A DNA stretch of 64,000 bases, from positions 1-64,000 of the forward strand of contig JAULAX010000009.1 in assembly GCA_032654565.1 (NCBI GenBank), in the 5' to 3' direction. This document shows positions 8,171-18,322 of the stretch, one piece after another. Numbering within the stretch: the first letter of the stretch is position 1; every line of letters begins with the position of its first letter. The stretch is from Anaeromyxobacteraceae bacterium (GTDB lineage Bacteria > Myxococcota > Myxococcia > Myxococcales > Anaeromyxobacteraceae). Made by a program: the position numbers and the translations under genes. Below the pieces are notes generated by a model. It searched no databases, was not told where the DNA came from, and was given only the letters and a program-made list of their open reading frames with translations.

Positions 8171-8731
8171 CTAGCACGCCGGCGGTGACGGGTGAAAGCC
8201 GGGGGGCTCCCCCCCGGCGCGCGCCGCCTGGCCGGGGGGGGCCGGGGTGACGGCGCCGAGCCGGGCCGGCGTGGGATCGCTCACCATCACCTTGCCGTCC
8301 ACCACCTGGGTCTCGGCCAGCAGGTCGCCGTAGCGCAGGCCGAGCGGCTCCCGCCAGGCCCGCCAGGCCTCGACGGCCACCACCGGGAGCCCCACCAGCA
8401 CGAAGACCGGCCAGAGCAGCGGCAGCGCCCAGCAGAGCGCCACCACCGCGAACGGGGCGTTGCGCTCCAGCGACTCGGAGAAGCCGGCCGAGAGCCGCCG
8501 CCTGGGCAGCACCACCCGCACGCCGAAGAGCCGCTTGCCCGGCGACTGGCCGTGGAGGAGGCCGTCGGCCACCGCCAGGTAGCCGGCCGCCAGCAGCGGC
8601 CCGACCACGAAGGGGGCCGCCAGCCCCAGCGCCAGGGCCACCGCGAAGTCGAAGCCGCGGGCCAGGCCACGCAGGGTCAGGTCGGCCTTGGCGTAGGGCG
8701 GCTGGTCGCGGCGCGGCTCGGCGACGCTCAT
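8171..8731 (-). CDS. RDD-family membrane protein
   Basis: RGLARGFD, GQSPGKRLFGVRVV, RYGDLLAETQVV; ATGA overlap with the upstream gene. Confidence 0.8.
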   Translation of the reverse strand: MSVAEPRRDQPPYAKADLTLRGLARGFDFAVALALGLAAPFVVGPLLAAGYLAVADGLLHGQSPGKRLFGVRVVLPRRRLSAGFSESLERNAPFAVVALCWALPLLWPVFVLVGLPVVAVEAWRAWREPLGLRYGDLLAETQVVDGKVMVSDPTPARLGAVTPAPPGQAARAGGEPPGFHPSPPAC

Positions 8732-8937
8732 GACCGCCTCCCCTTCCGCGCCGGCGCCTTGCGGACCAGGAACAGGTAGGCCAGCGCCGGGCGGTGCGAC
8801 CCCTCCCGGCTGACGAAGTGGACCGACTCGAAGCTCCACCCCTCGGCGGCGCCCTGGTTGAGCGCCTCCTCCAGCGTCTCCTCGGCGACCGGCGACACCT
8901 CCACCACCCGGTAGGTGCCGTCGCCGCCGCGGCTCAC
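8728..8937 (-). CDS. Small DUF4177-like protein
   Basis: YRVVEV...[18 protein letters not shown] pattern; 4-nt overlaps with both neighbours. Confidence 0.7.
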   Translation of the reverse strand: MSRGGDGTYRVVEVSPVAEETLEEALNQGAAEGWSFESVHFVSREGSHRPALAYLFLVRKAPARKGRRS

Positions 8938-9959
8938 GGCCTGGCCCCGCTCAGGGAGGCGGCCACGTCGCGGGCGGCGTAGGTGAGGATGAAGTCGGCC
9001 CCGGCCCGGCGGCAGCAGAGCAGCGTCTCCAGCATGACCCGCTCGCCGTCGATCCAGCCGCGCTCGGCCGCGGCCTTGATCATCGCGTACTCACCGCTGA
9101 CGTGGTAGGCGCTCACCGGCACGTCGAAGCGGTCGCGGATCTGCCGGACGATGTCCAGGTAGGGGACGGCCGGCTTCACCATCACCATGTCGGCCCCCTC
9201 GGCGAGGTCGAGGGCCACCTCGCGCAGGGCCTCGCGGCCGTTGGCCGGGTCCATCTGGTAGCCCTTGCGATCCTTGGGCACCCCGGGGGCGTCCACCGGG
9301 GCGCTCTCGGCGGCGTCGCGGAACGGGCCATAGAAGGCGCCGGCGAACTTGGCGGCGTAGGAGAGGATGGGGACGTCGGCGTAGCCGGCCTCGTCGAGCC
9401 CCTGGCGAATGGCGGCCACCCGGCCGTCCATCATGTCGGAGGGGGCCACCACGTCGGCCCCGGCCCGGGCGTGGGCCACCGCCTCGCGGGCCAGCAGCGG
9501 CAGGGTCAGGTCGTTGTCCACCCCCAGCTCCTGCCCGGGACCGCCGGCCAGCGGCGCCTTGAGGATGCCGCAGTGGCCGTGGTCGGTGTACTCGCAGAGG
9601 CAGACGTCGGTCATCACCAGCAGCCCGGGGAGCGCCGCCTTCAGCGCCCGGACCGCCCGGGGGATGATGCCGTCGTCGGCGTAGGCCCCCGAGCCGGCGG
9701 CGTCCTTGCGCTCCGGGATGCCGAAGAGGATGACCGAGCGGACCCCGGCGTGCCAGCCGGCCTGGGCCTCGGCGACCAGCTCGTCGACCGAGAGCTGGAA
9801 GACGCCGGGCATGCTCTTCACCGGGCGGCGGACCTTGGTGCCGGGGACGGCGAAGAGCGGCCAGACCAGGTCGTCGGGGGACAGCACCGTCTCGCGGACG
9901 AGGCGGCGCAGCGCCTCGGTGCGGCGCATCCGGCGGGGTCGTTCCTGGGGGAAGGGCAT
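8934..9959 (-). CDS. hemB: Porphobilinogen synthase
   Basis: [55 protein letters not shown]. Confidence 0.97.
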   Translation of the reverse strand: MPFPQERPRRMRRTEALRRLVRETVLSPDDLVWPLFAVPGTKVRRPVKSMPGVFQLSVDELVAEAQAGWHAGVRSVILFGIPERKDAAGSGAYADDGIIPRAVRALKAALPGLLVMTDVCLCEYTDHGHCGILKAPLAGGPGQELGVDNDLTLPLLAREAVAHARAGADVVAPSDMMDGRVAAIRQGLDEAGYADVPILSYAAKFAGAFYGPFRDAAESAPVDAPGVPKDRKGYQMDPANGREALREVALDLAEGADMVMVKPAVPYLDIVRQIRDRFDVPVSAYHVSGEYAMIKAAAERGWIDGERVMLETLLCCRRAGADFILTYAARDVAASLSGARP

Positions 9960-10011
9960 GGGCGATCTCTAGCCCAACCGCGGGCGGTGGGAAAGGAGCC
10001 AGCCGCCGCGG

Positions 10012-11355
10012 TCAGGGGGCCTCGGTGGGGTCGATGGCCCGCATCACCAGCCCGCTGGGCAGGCGCGGCGCGAAGAGCGTGCTCTTCTGCGGCATGGTCT
10101 CCCCGGCGTCGCCCACCGCCTCCACCTGCCACATGGGGGTGGGGTTGAGCAGGAAGCCGAGCTGGTGCTCGCCGGAGAGGACCCGGTTGACCGCCTCGCC
10201 GGCGTCGCGGACGTAGGTGAGGTTGGCCTCGTTCTCCTGGGAGCGCGGGGAGAGGCCGAGCAGGTGCTGGAAGAGGACGGCGTGGAGCACGGTGACGTCG
10301 AGCGCCCGCAGGGTGCGGTTGGCCGGGAGCTCGGTGGCCCCCAGGTCGGCCTCGTCACGCAGGGTGAGGATGCGGGCCCGCTGGTCCTCGGCGGACACCA
10401 TCAGGAAGGCGGTGGTCTTGCCGGCGTGCTCGCCGAGGCGGGCCACCGCCCAGGCGCGGCCCACCGGCTTGCGCAGGCTCTCCTCCACCAGCTGGACCTT
10501 GAAGAAGCGCTCCAGCCGCGGCAGCAGCGAGGCCAGCGCCGCGTCCTGCAGCCCGAAGATCAGCCGGTGGGTCGGGTAGATGACCAGGCCGGGGTCGCTC
10601 ATGGGACAGAGGAACATGAGGATGTACTGGTGCCCGCCGTGGGCCGGCAGCGCCGGGTTCTCGGCCTGCAGCAGCCGGCGGTAGAGCAGCGCCGTCTCGT
10701 AGCGGTGGTGGCCGTCGGCGATGATGATGCGCTGGTCGCGCACCAGCGCCTGCAGCCCCTCGACCAGGGCCGGGTCGCTGGTCCGCCAGACCCGGTGGTG
10801 GACGCCGTCGTCGGAGTCGGTCTCGGCCACCGGCTCGCCCATCATGGCCTTCTCCAGGGCCGAGGCGGTGGCGCCGGAGTCGTCGGCGTAGAGGCCGAGC
10901 AGCGGCGAGACGTTGGCCTTCACCATCTGCAGGTTGGCGAGCCGATCGGCCTTGGGGCCCACCAGCGTCTTCTCGTGGGGGACGATGATCCCCTCGGAGA
11001 ACTCGTGCAGCCGCACCGCCGCCATGAAGCCGCGCCGGGTGACCTGGCGGCCGTCGGGGGCCAGGAAGCTCTGCTCCAGCGGGTAGATGGCCGGGCCGGG
11101 ATCGCCGGCCAGCACCCCGCTGGCCTGCCAGGCCTTCCAGGCCTCGGCGGCCCGCGTGTACTTGTTGACCGCCGCGGTGTCGCCGGGCCGGTCGTCGCCG
11201 AGGGTGATGTGGACGACGTTGTGCGGGCTGCGGGCCAGCAGCTCGTCGCGCAGCGACGGGGAGATCTGGTCGTAGGGGGGAGCCAGCAGCTGGCCGAGCG
11301 GACGCCCGCGAGGAGCGGTGTAGCGGATGCCTCGGAACGGGACGATCTCGGCCAT
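10012..11355 (-). CDS. DUF1015-family protein
   Basis: PFRGIRY, APPYD, PHEKT, IADGHHRYETA, MPQKSTLFAP motifs. Confidence 0.88.
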   Translation of the reverse strand: MAEIVPFRGIRYTAPRGRPLGQLLAPPYDQISPSLRDELLARSPHNVVHITLGDDRPGDTAAVNKYTRAAEAWKAWQASGVLAGDPGPAIYPLEQSFLAPDGRQVTRRGFMAAVRLHEFSEGIIVPHEKTLVGPKADRLANLQMVKANVSPLLGLYADDSGATASALEKAMMGEPVAETDSDDGVHHRVWRTSDPALVEGLQALVRDQRIIIADGHHRYETALLYRRLLQAENPALPAHGGHQYILMFLCPMSDPGLVIYPTHRLIFGLQDAALASLLPRLERFFKVQLVEESLRKPVGRAWAVARLGEHAGKTTAFLMVSAEDQRARILTLRDEADLGATELPANRTLRALDVTVLHAVLFQHLLGLSPRSQENEANLTYVRDAGEAVNRVLSGEHQLGFLLNPTPMWQVEAVGDAGETMPQKSTLFAPRLPSGLVMRAIDPTEAP

Positions 11356-11438
11356 GGGGCGGGGGACGCTAGATCACGCCCCGCGCCGGCGCAAGGCTTC
11401 CCGGGGGCCCGACCGGCCACCCCGGCCACGGGCCCGGC

Positions 11439-12068
11439 TCACCCCGGCTGGAGCCCGGCCGCCGCCCAGACCCGCTCCATCCCCACCGCCCCGGCGCGGA
11501 GCAGCACCAGCCGACCCTCCTCGACCGCCACCACCGTGCTGGGGGACCCGCCCGGCGTGGCCCCGGCGTCGAGCACCAGGTCGAGCCGGGCCCGCAGCGC
11601 CGGGTCCAGCCCCGCCGCGGTGGTCGGGGGGGGCTGCCCGGCCGGGTTGGCGCTGGTCGCCACCAGGGCGCCGCCCGCCGCCCGCGCCAGCGCCGCGGCC
11701 ACCTCGCCGCTGGTGACGCGCAGCCCGACGGTCCCTCCACCGCCGGTGAGGGCGGGGTGGAGCCCGGGCCGGGCCGGCAGCACCAGCGTGAGCGGGCCGG
11801 GCCAGAAGGCGGCCGCCAGGCGGAGGGCCAGCGGCGAGAAGCGGGCCACCGCCTCGAGCTGGGCCAGGTCGGCGCCGAGCAGCGGCAGCGGCTTGCCGTC
11901 GGGCCGGGACTTGGCCCGCAGCAGCCGCTCCACCGCGGCGCCGTCGGCGGCCAGCGCCCCCAGGCCGTAGAAGGTCTCGGTGGGGTAGGCGATCACCTCG
12001 CCCCGCCGCAGCGCCGCGGCCGCCCCGGCGATCCGGTCCGCCAGCCCGTCGAGCGCCCCCCGGCTCAC
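11439..12068 (-). CDS. tsaC: L-threonylcarbamoyladenylate synthase (Sua5/YrdC family)
   Basis: AYPTETFYGLG, KSRPDGKPL, FWPGPLTLV, ATSAN, LLRAGA; GTG start overlaps the upstream stop. Confidence 0.88.
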   Translation of the reverse strand: MSRGALDGLADRIAGAAAALRRGEVIAYPTETFYGLGALAADGAAVERLLRAKSRPDGKPLPLLGADLAQLEAVARFSPLALRLAAAFWPGPLTLVLPARPGLHPALTGGGGTVGLRVTSGEVAAALARAAGGALVATSANPAGQPPPTTAAGLDPALRARLDLVLDAGATPGGSPSTVVAVEEGRLVLLRAGAVGMERVWAAAGLQPG

Positions 12069-13147
12069 GAGACCCGGCGCATCGCCAGCGCCCCCACGGC
12101 GAGGAAGAGGAGGTTGGGGAGCCAGGCGGCCAGCTGCGGCGCCAGCCGGCCGGAGAGGCCGAGCCCGAGGCAGACCCCCTGGGCGGCCCAGAGGGCCAGC
12201 GAGATCCCCACCGCCTCCAGCAGCGCCGAGGCGACGTGGCCGTGGCGGCTGCGCCGGAGCGCCAGGACCACCGCCAGCAGCGCCCCGGAGACGGCGGCGA
12301 ACGGGTAGGCCACCCGGTTGGCCTGCTCGAGGGCGAAGTCGACGACCGGCTGGCCGAGCCGCCGCCGCAGCGCCATCTGCTCGCCCAGCACGGCGATGGT
12401 CATCTGCGAGGGGCGCCCCGGCCGCAGGTCGAAGGAGCCGGGCGGCTCGTCGAAGCGCACCTGGCGCGAGGCGGACCGCTCGAAGGTCCCGCCCCGCGGC
12501 GAGAAGGTGCGCTCCTCGACGTCGGCCAGCCGCCAGGCGCCGCCCTCGGCCGGCTCCATCCGCCCGGCGTCGATGCGGCGGGTGAGCTGGAAGTCGTCGC
12601 TCAGCTCCAGCACCGTGACCCGCTCGAAGCCGCCTCCCGGCAGCACCCCGCGCAGGTGGTAGACGTGCCGGCCGTCGGCCCCGCGGAACCAGCGCTTGGG
12701 CTGCTGGGTGGCCTGCCAGCGCCGGAAGGCGCCGCCCCGCGCGAAGCGGGTCACCTGGATCTCCTCGGCCCGCTGGGCCGCCTTGACGCCCCAGGCCTCG
12801 TGGAACAGCACCAGCGCCAGCGAGGCCAGCCCCACCGCCGCCAGCACCGGCCCGGCCACCCGCCACGGCCCCAGCCCCACCGACCGCATCGCCGTCCACT
12901 CCCGGGTCTGGCGCAGGCCGCTCACGGCGATGGCGGCCCCCAGCAGCAGGGCGGCCGGGGCCACCTGGTGGGCCACCACCGCCGCCTTGTTGGCGTAGAG
13001 CTCGAGCGCGGCCAGGAACCAGCCCGGCCCGGAGAAGCCCCCGGCGTTGTCGACGATGTCCACCGCCAGGAAGATGGTGATGACGCCGGCGAAGGCGGCC
13101 AGCGAGGCCAGCCAGGTCTGCCAGCCGATGTAGCGCGGCAGGATCAC
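12065..13147 (-). CDS. lptG: LPS export ABC permease, LptG type
   Basis: ILPRYI start, EWTAMRSVGLG, 3+3 TM layout around a periplasmic domain, AAWLPNLLF. Confidence 0.8.
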   Translation of the reverse strand: MILPRYIGWQTWLASLAAFAGVITIFLAVDIVDNAGGFSGPGWFLAALELYANKAAVVAHQVAPAALLLGAAIAVSGLRQTREWTAMRSVGLGPWRVAGPVLAAVGLASLALVLFHEAWGVKAAQRAEEIQVTRFARGGAFRRWQATQQPKRWFRGADGRHVYHLRGVLPGGGFERVTVLELSDDFQLTRRIDAGRMEPAEGGAWRLADVEERTFSPRGGTFERSASRQVRFDEPPGSFDLRPGRPSQMTIAVLGEQMALRRRLGQPVVDFALEQANRVAYPFAAVSGALLAVVLALRRSRHGHVASALLEAVGISLALWAAQGVCLGLGLSGRLAPQLAAWLPNLLFLAVGALAMRRVS

Positions 13148-14256
13148 CGGACCACCCCCGGGCCGCGCCGGTCCAGCACCCAGCAGAGCGCCAGCCCCAC
13201 CGTGATCAGCACCAGGTTGGAGACCTGGAGCGCCAGCGCCGGCGGCAGCGTCCCCCGCTGCGCCAGCACCTCGCCGGCCCGCAGCAGCAGGTACTGCGAG
13301 AGCAGGGCCACCACGCTGGCGCCGATGGACGCCGCCCGTCCGCCCCGTCGCATGGCGGCCAGCGGCACCGCCATGAGCGCGAAGGCCAGCACCGCCAGCG
13401 GCGCCGCCAGGCGGCGGTGGTAGGCCGACAGGAAGGCCACCGCCTGGGCCGGCGACCGCTCCTCGCCGGGCACCGCGGCCGCGGCCAGCTCGGCCTGGGT
13501 CATCTCCCGGGTCGAGCCGGAGAGGGCGTTGCGGTCGGAGAGCGCGGTGCCGACCCCGAGGGTGAGCCCGGCGGCGCGGAAGGTGGCCCGCACGTACTCG
13601 TCGCCGCCGGACTCCTCGCGGTGGATCTCGCCGGCCTCCAGCACCAGCCGCATCTCCTCCTCGGAGCCCACCGGCTCCAGCTTCCCGCGCCGGGCCAGGG
13701 CCAGCACCGGGGCGGTGGGATCGGAGCGATCGCTGATGAGCACGTCGCCCCAGCCCTCGGGGCCGACCCGCGCCGCGAAGACCGTGTAGCCGGGGATCTC
13801 GTCGAAGAAGGTGCCGGCCCGGACGTTGGCGGTCAGGTTGCGCTTGATGATCTCGTTGAAGCGCAGCCGCGCCTCGCGCAGCCCGGCCGGCTCGACCGAG
13901 ACCGAGAACCAGAGCCCCAGCGCCGCCACCACCACCCCGATGGCCAGCGGCACCCGCACCAGCCGGACCGGGGAGAGGCCGGCGGCGCCGATGGCCATCA
14001 CCTCGCGGTCCTCGGCCAGCCGCCCCACCCCGACGATGGCGCCGAGCAGGAAGGAGACCGGCATGACGAAGCCGAGCAGGTTGGGCAGCAGCGCCAGGGC
14101 CACGCCGGCGATGTCGAGGACGGAGACCCCGGCGCCGAAGAGGATGTCGGCCCGCGCCAGGATCTGGGTCATCAGCAGCAGCTGGGTCAGGAAGACCAGC
14201 GCCGCCAGGAAGGGCAGCAGGATCTCCTTGGCGAGGTACCGCTCCAGCAGCCCCAT
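13144..14256 (-). CDS. lptF: LPS export ABC permease, LptF type
   Basis: LLERYLAKEI, GRLAEDREVMAIGAAGLS, YHRRLAAPL; paired with lptG. Confidence 0.82.
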   Translation of the reverse strand: MGLLERYLAKEILLPFLAALVFLTQLLLMTQILARADILFGAGVSVLDIAGVALALLPNLLGFVMPVSFLLGAIVGVGRLAEDREVMAIGAAGLSPVRLVRVPLAIGVVVAALGLWFSVSVEPAGLREARLRFNEIIKRNLTANVRAGTFFDEIPGYTVFAARVGPEGWGDVLISDRSDPTAPVLALARRGKLEPVGSEEEMRLVLEAGEIHREESGGDEYVRATFRAAGLTLGVGTALSDRNALSGSTREMTQAELAAAAVPGEERSPAQAVAFLSAYHRRLAAPLAVLAFALMAVPLAAMRRGGRAASIGASVVALLSQYLLLRAGEVLAQRGTLPPALALQVSNLVLITVGLALCWVLDRRGPGVVR

Positions 14257-14272
14257 GTCGGCTCGTGCCGCG

Positions 14273-14773
14273 CTACTTCAACTTCGCCTGCAGCGCCGCG
14301 TCCCTGGCCTCGACCTCGCCGGCCATCCGCTCCCGCGCCGCCCGGACCCGCCCCGCCAGCGCCGGGTCGCCGCGGGCGATGATCCTGGCCGCCAGCAGCC
14401 CGGCGTTGCGGGCCCCGGCCTTGCCGATGGCCAGCGTCCCCACCGGCACCCCGGCCGGCATCTGCACCGTGGCCAGCAGGGCGTCGAGCCCCTTCAGGTC
14501 GCTGGAGGCCAGCGGCACCCCCAGCACCGGCAGCTCGCTCTCGGCCGCCACCACCCCGGCCAGGTGGGCGGCGGCGCCGGCGCCGCAGATGATCACCTGC
14601 AGGCCGCGCCCGGCCGCCTCGCGGGCCAGGGCGCCGGTCCGGGCCGGCGTCCGGTGGGCGCTGGAGACGTGGACCTCGACCCCGATCCCCAGCTCGTCGA
14701 GCGCCTTCTTGGCCTCCGCCATGACCTCCCAGTCGGAGTCGGACCCCATGAGGATGAGCACCCTGGCGTTCAT
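14273..14773 (-). CDS. purE: N5-carboxyaminoimidazole ribonucleotide mutase
   Basis: ILMGSDSD, SAHRTP, GAGAAAHLAGV, VQMPAGVPVGT. Confidence 0.97.
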   Translation of the reverse strand: MNARVLILMGSDSDWEVMAEAKKALDELGIGVEVHVSSAHRTPARTGALAREAAGRGLQVIICGAGAAAHLAGVVAAESELPVLGVPLASSDLKGLDALLATVQMPAGVPVGTLAIGKAGARNAGLLAARIIARGDPALAGRVRAARERMAGEVEARDAALQAKLK

Positions 14774-16032
14774 GCGCTGCCCCCGATGTCGGTGCGGAAC
14801 TGCATGCCACGGAAGGAGACCTGCCCGAGCGCCTGGTAGGCCCGCGCCCGGGCCTCGGCGTGGGTGGCCCCGAGGGCGCAGACGGTGAGGACCCGCCCGC
14901 CGGCGCTGACCACCTGGCCGCCCGGGCCGCTGGCGGTGCCGGCCTGGAAGAGCTGCTGGTCGTCGCCGAGGGTGGCGTCGAGCCCGCGGATGGGATCGCC
15001 GGTGGTGACCTTGCCGGGGTAGCCCTCGGCCGCCACCACCACGCCGATGGAGGCGCGCGGGTCGACGTCGAGGGTGATGCGGGAGAGGTCGCCGCGGGCC
15101 GCCGCCACCAGCGCCGGGACCAGGTCGCCGCGCAGCCGCATCAGGATGGGCTGGGTCTCCGGATCGCCGAGCCGGGCGTTGAACTCGAGCACCCGCAGCC
15201 CGTGGGGGGTCAGCATCAGCCCGGCGTAGAGGGCGCCGCGGAAGGGGTGGCCGCGCCGGGCCAGCTCGCGCACCGCCGGGACCAGCACGGTCCGCTCGAT
15301 CTCCAGCAGCAGCGCCGGCGGCACCTTGGGGGTGGGGCAGAAGGCGCCCATGCCGCCGGTGTTGGGGCCGCGGTCGGCGTCGAAGATCCGCTTGTGGTCC
15401 TGGGCGGCGGGGAGCATCCGCACCCGCTCACCGTCGGTGAAGGCGATGCAGCTGGCCTCCGGGCCGGAGAGCTTCTCCTCGAGCAGCAGGGTGGCGCCGG
15501 CGGCGCCGTGGACCCGCTCCACCAGGATCTCGCGGATGGCCGCCTCGGCCTCGGGGGGCGAGGAACAGACCACCACCCCCTTGCCGGCGGCCAGGCCGTC
15601 GGCCTTGACCACCACCTGCCCGCCGCGGGCGGAGGCCCAGGCCAGCGCCGCCCCGGGCTCGGTGAAGGTGGCGTAGGCGGCGGTGGGGATCCCGGCCGCC
15701 ACCATCACCTCCTTGGCGAAGGCCTTGGAGCCCTCGATGCGGGCGGCGCCGGCGGTGGGCCCGAAGGCCAGGACCCCGGCGGCGGTGAGCCGGTCGACCA
15801 GGCCAGCCACCAGCGGCGCCTCGGGGCCGACCACCACCAGGTCGAGCTTCTCGGCGACGGCGAAGGCGGTCAGCCCCTCGACGTCGTCGGCCTTGAGCGG
15901 CACCAGGGTGGCCAGCCGCCCCATGCCGGGGTTGCCCGGCGCCGCGAAGAGGGCGCGGACCAGCGGGGACTGGGAGATCTTCCAGGCCAGGGCGTGCTCA
16001 CGGCCGCCCGAACCGACGACGAGGATGCGCAT
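14770..16032 (-). CDS. purD: Phosphoribosylamine-glycine ligase
   Basis: GSGGREHAL, VVGPEAPL, KADGLAAGKGV, QDHKR, GPNTGGMG, EFNARLGDPE. Confidence 0.97.
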   Translation of the reverse strand: MRILVVGSGGREHALAWKISQSPLVRALFAAPGNPGMGRLATLVPLKADDVEGLTAFAVAEKLDLVVVGPEAPLVAGLVDRLTAAGVLAFGPTAGAARIEGSKAFAKEVMVAAGIPTAAYATFTEPGAALAWASARGGQVVVKADGLAAGKGVVVCSSPPEAEAAIREILVERVHGAAGATLLLEEKLSGPEASCIAFTDGERVRMLPAAQDHKRIFDADRGPNTGGMGAFCPTPKVPPALLLEIERTVLVPAVRELARRGHPFRGALYAGLMLTPHGLRVLEFNARLGDPETQPILMRLRGDLVPALVAAARGDLSRITLDVDPRASIGVVVAAEGYPGKVTTGDPIRGLDATLGDDQQLFQAGTASGPGGQVVSAGGRVLTVCALGATHAEARARAYQALGQVSFRGMQFRTDIGGSA

Positions 16033-16130
16033 GCGGGCTGCAACTTACCCCATTCCCGGCCCCACGCGGGGGCGATGCGAGGGGGCGGCGCGGCCGTGGC
16101 GCCGAGCCGGGCGTGGGGTATCGTCCCGGC

Positions 16131-17345
16131 GTGATCCTCCTCGTCCAGGCCGCAGTCCTCGCCCTCATCCTCACCTGGCGCTGGCGCGGGCTGACCGGCC
16201 GCCAGCTCCTGGCCAGCGAAGGCGCCGCGGGTGGCCGCGTCCCCCTCGGCTACACCAGGAAGGCCAAGGGGCGCGTCCAGCAGCGCCAGGTGGGGCTGGC
16301 CAGCCGGCGCGTCTTTCCGCTGGTGGTGGTGCGCGAGCGCTGGTACCACCGGCTCCTCAAGCGGCTCGGCCTGGCCGCCGAGCTCCAGCTCGGCGACGCC
16401 GCGCTCGACGCCCGCTGGTTCATCGTCACCGACGACCCGGAGCGCCTGCGGCGGGCCCTGGCCTCGCCGCCGCTCCGGGCCCAGCTCGGCGAGCTGCTGG
16501 CCCTCCCCATCGAAGGGCTCCACGCCGCCGGCGACCGGGCCTGGATCGAGATCGGCGCCGAGGACCTGGAGCGGCCCGACGCCCACTTCCGCCACCACCT
16601 CGAGCTCCTCGGCAAGGTGCACGAGACCCTCTCCGGGCTCCGGCTCGGCGAGACCCCCGGCGAGGGGGCGGGCTGGTCGAGGCGGTCGATCACCGTGCTG
16701 GCCCTGGCCGTCCACGCCGGCCTGCTGGCGGCCAGCCTGGCCGGCCTGGCCATGGTCTGGCTGGCGCCCGGCCAGACCACCGAGCGGGAGCGGCTGGTGG
16801 CCACCGGGCTGGCGCTCGGCCTGGCCGTCGCCGCCCCCTGGCTCTTCCTCCTCTCGCGCCGCCTGCGGGGGACCGCCTGGATGGCCTGGATGGTCGCCGA
16901 CTTCGCCGTCACCGGCCTGGCCGGCTTCCTGCTCGGCGGCGTGCTGCTGGTCCGGACCACCAACGTCGACCTCGACTCCGCCCCGCCCAGCCTGGCCACG
17001 GTGGCGGTGACCTGGCGAGGGTGCCTGCTGGAGTGCTCGCGCGGCTCGGGCAAGAGCAAGAAGACCAGCTACCACCAGCTCTCCGCCGCCGACTGCGTGG
17101 CGGCGCGGCGCCCGGCCATGCTGGCCGCCTTCCGGCGCCAGGACTCCAAGTGCTCGGATCGGGCCGCCTTCGACTTCACCGTCCGTCTCGCCCCCTGGCG
17201 ACCGGGGCAGGCCCCCTTCGAGCTCGATCCCGGCGCCGCCCGCTGGGAGCGGATGGTGGTGGGGAGCCGGGTGGCGGTGCCGCTCCACGGCGGGGCCTGG
17301 GGCATCGAGTGGGTCGATCCGCTGGAGTTCGCGCCCGCGCCGTGA
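16131..17345 (+). CDS. Hypothetical membrane protein
   Basis: Long ORF with high GC3, several TM segments and a Cys-containing C-terminal domain; GTG start 6 nt after TATCGT. Confidence 0.65.
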   Translation: MILLVQAAVLALILTWRWRGLTGRQLLASEGAAGGRVPLGYTRKAKGRVQQRQVGLASRRVFPLVVVRERWYHRLLKRLGLAAELQLGDAALDARWFIVTDDPERLRRALASPPLRAQLGELLALPIEGLHAAGDRAWIEIGAEDLERPDAHFRHHLELLGKVHETLSGLRLGETPGEGAGWSRRSITVLALAVHAGLLAASLAGLAMVWLAPGQTTERERLVATGLALGLAVAAPWLFLLSRRLRGTAWMAWMVADFAVTGLAGFLLGGVLLVRTTNVDLDSAPPSLATVAVTWRGCLLECSRGSGKSKKTSYHQLSAADCVAARRPAMLAAFRRQDSKCSDRAAFDFTVRLAPWRPGQAPFELDPGAARWERMVVGSRVAVPLHGGAWGIEWVDPLEFAPAP

Positions 17346-17352
17346 CCGGCAC

Positions 17353-18288
17353 ATGAACCGGGGCCACAGCTACCAGGAGCAGATCGACGGTCGCGGCGCC
17401 GGCCGCGCCGTGCTCGACCACCTCGCCGCGCGGTTCGGGCGGGCCTCGCCGGCCGAGTGGGCGGAGCGGATCGCCCTCGGGCTGGTCCGGCTCGACGGCG
17501 CGCCCACCACGGCGACGGCGCGGCTGCGCGCCGGGCAGTGGCTCCGCTGGGACCGGCCGCCCTGGGAGGAGCCGCCGGTGCCGCTCGACGCCGCGGTGCT
17601 CTACGAGGACGCGCTGCTCCTCGCCGTGGCCAAGCCGCGCGGGCTGCCCACCATGCCCGGCGGCGGCCTCTACCTCGAGCACACGCTGCTGGCGGTGGTC
17701 CGCCGGCGTGCCCCCGAGGCCAGCCCCATGCACAGGCTGGGGCGGGACACCTCCGGCCTGGTCCTCTTCGCGCGGACCGCCGCGGCCGCCGGCGTGGTCC
17801 AGGCCGCCTTCCGGACCCGGCGGGTGGGGAAGGTCTACCGCGCCCTCTGCGCCGGCCACCCGCGCGACGACGCCTTCACCGTCGAGGCCCGCATCGGCGA
17901 GGTGGCGCACCCGCTGCTCGGCACCGTCCACGCCGCGGCCCCGGGGGGGCGGTCGGCCCGGAGCCACGTCCGGGTGCTGGAGCGGCGAGAGGGGACGGAC
18001 GGCCCGCCCTGCGCCCTGGTGGAGGTGGAGATCGAGACCGGCCGCCCGCACCAGATCCGGATCCACCTGGCCCACGCCGGCCACCCGCTGGTGGGCGACC
18101 CGCTCTATGGCGACGGGGGTGTCCCCCTCCCCGGGACCCGGGCCCTGCCCGGCGATCCCGGCTACCTGCTGCACGCCCTGCGGCTGACGCTCGACCACCC
18201 CGAGCGCGGCACGCCCCTGGTGATCGAGTGCGCGCCGCCGCCGGCGCTGCGGGCCGCCGCCGAAGTAGGCGCGACCGGCCCGGCCTGA
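17353..18288 (+). CDS. RluA-family pseudouridine synthase
   Basis: KPRGLPT, HRLGRDTSG, TGRPHQIRIH, HPLVGDPLYG, LHA motifs. Confidence 0.9.
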   Translation: MNRGHSYQEQIDGRGAGRAVLDHLAARFGRASPAEWAERIALGLVRLDGAPTTATARLRAGQWLRWDRPPWEEPPVPLDAAVLYEDALLLAVAKPRGLPTMPGGGLYLEHTLLAVVRRRAPEASPMHRLGRDTSGLVLFARTAAAAGVVQAAFRTRRVGKVYRALCAGHPRDDAFTVEARIGEVAHPLLGTVHAAAPGGRSARSHVRVLERREGTDGPPCALVEVEIETGRPHQIRIHLAHAGHPLVGDPLYGDGGVPLPGTRALPGDPGYLLHALRLTLDHPERGTPLVIECAPPPALRAAAEVGATGPA

Positions 18289-18322
18289 TCCCCGCGGCCC
18301 CGCGATCGGGCCGGGGGCGGGG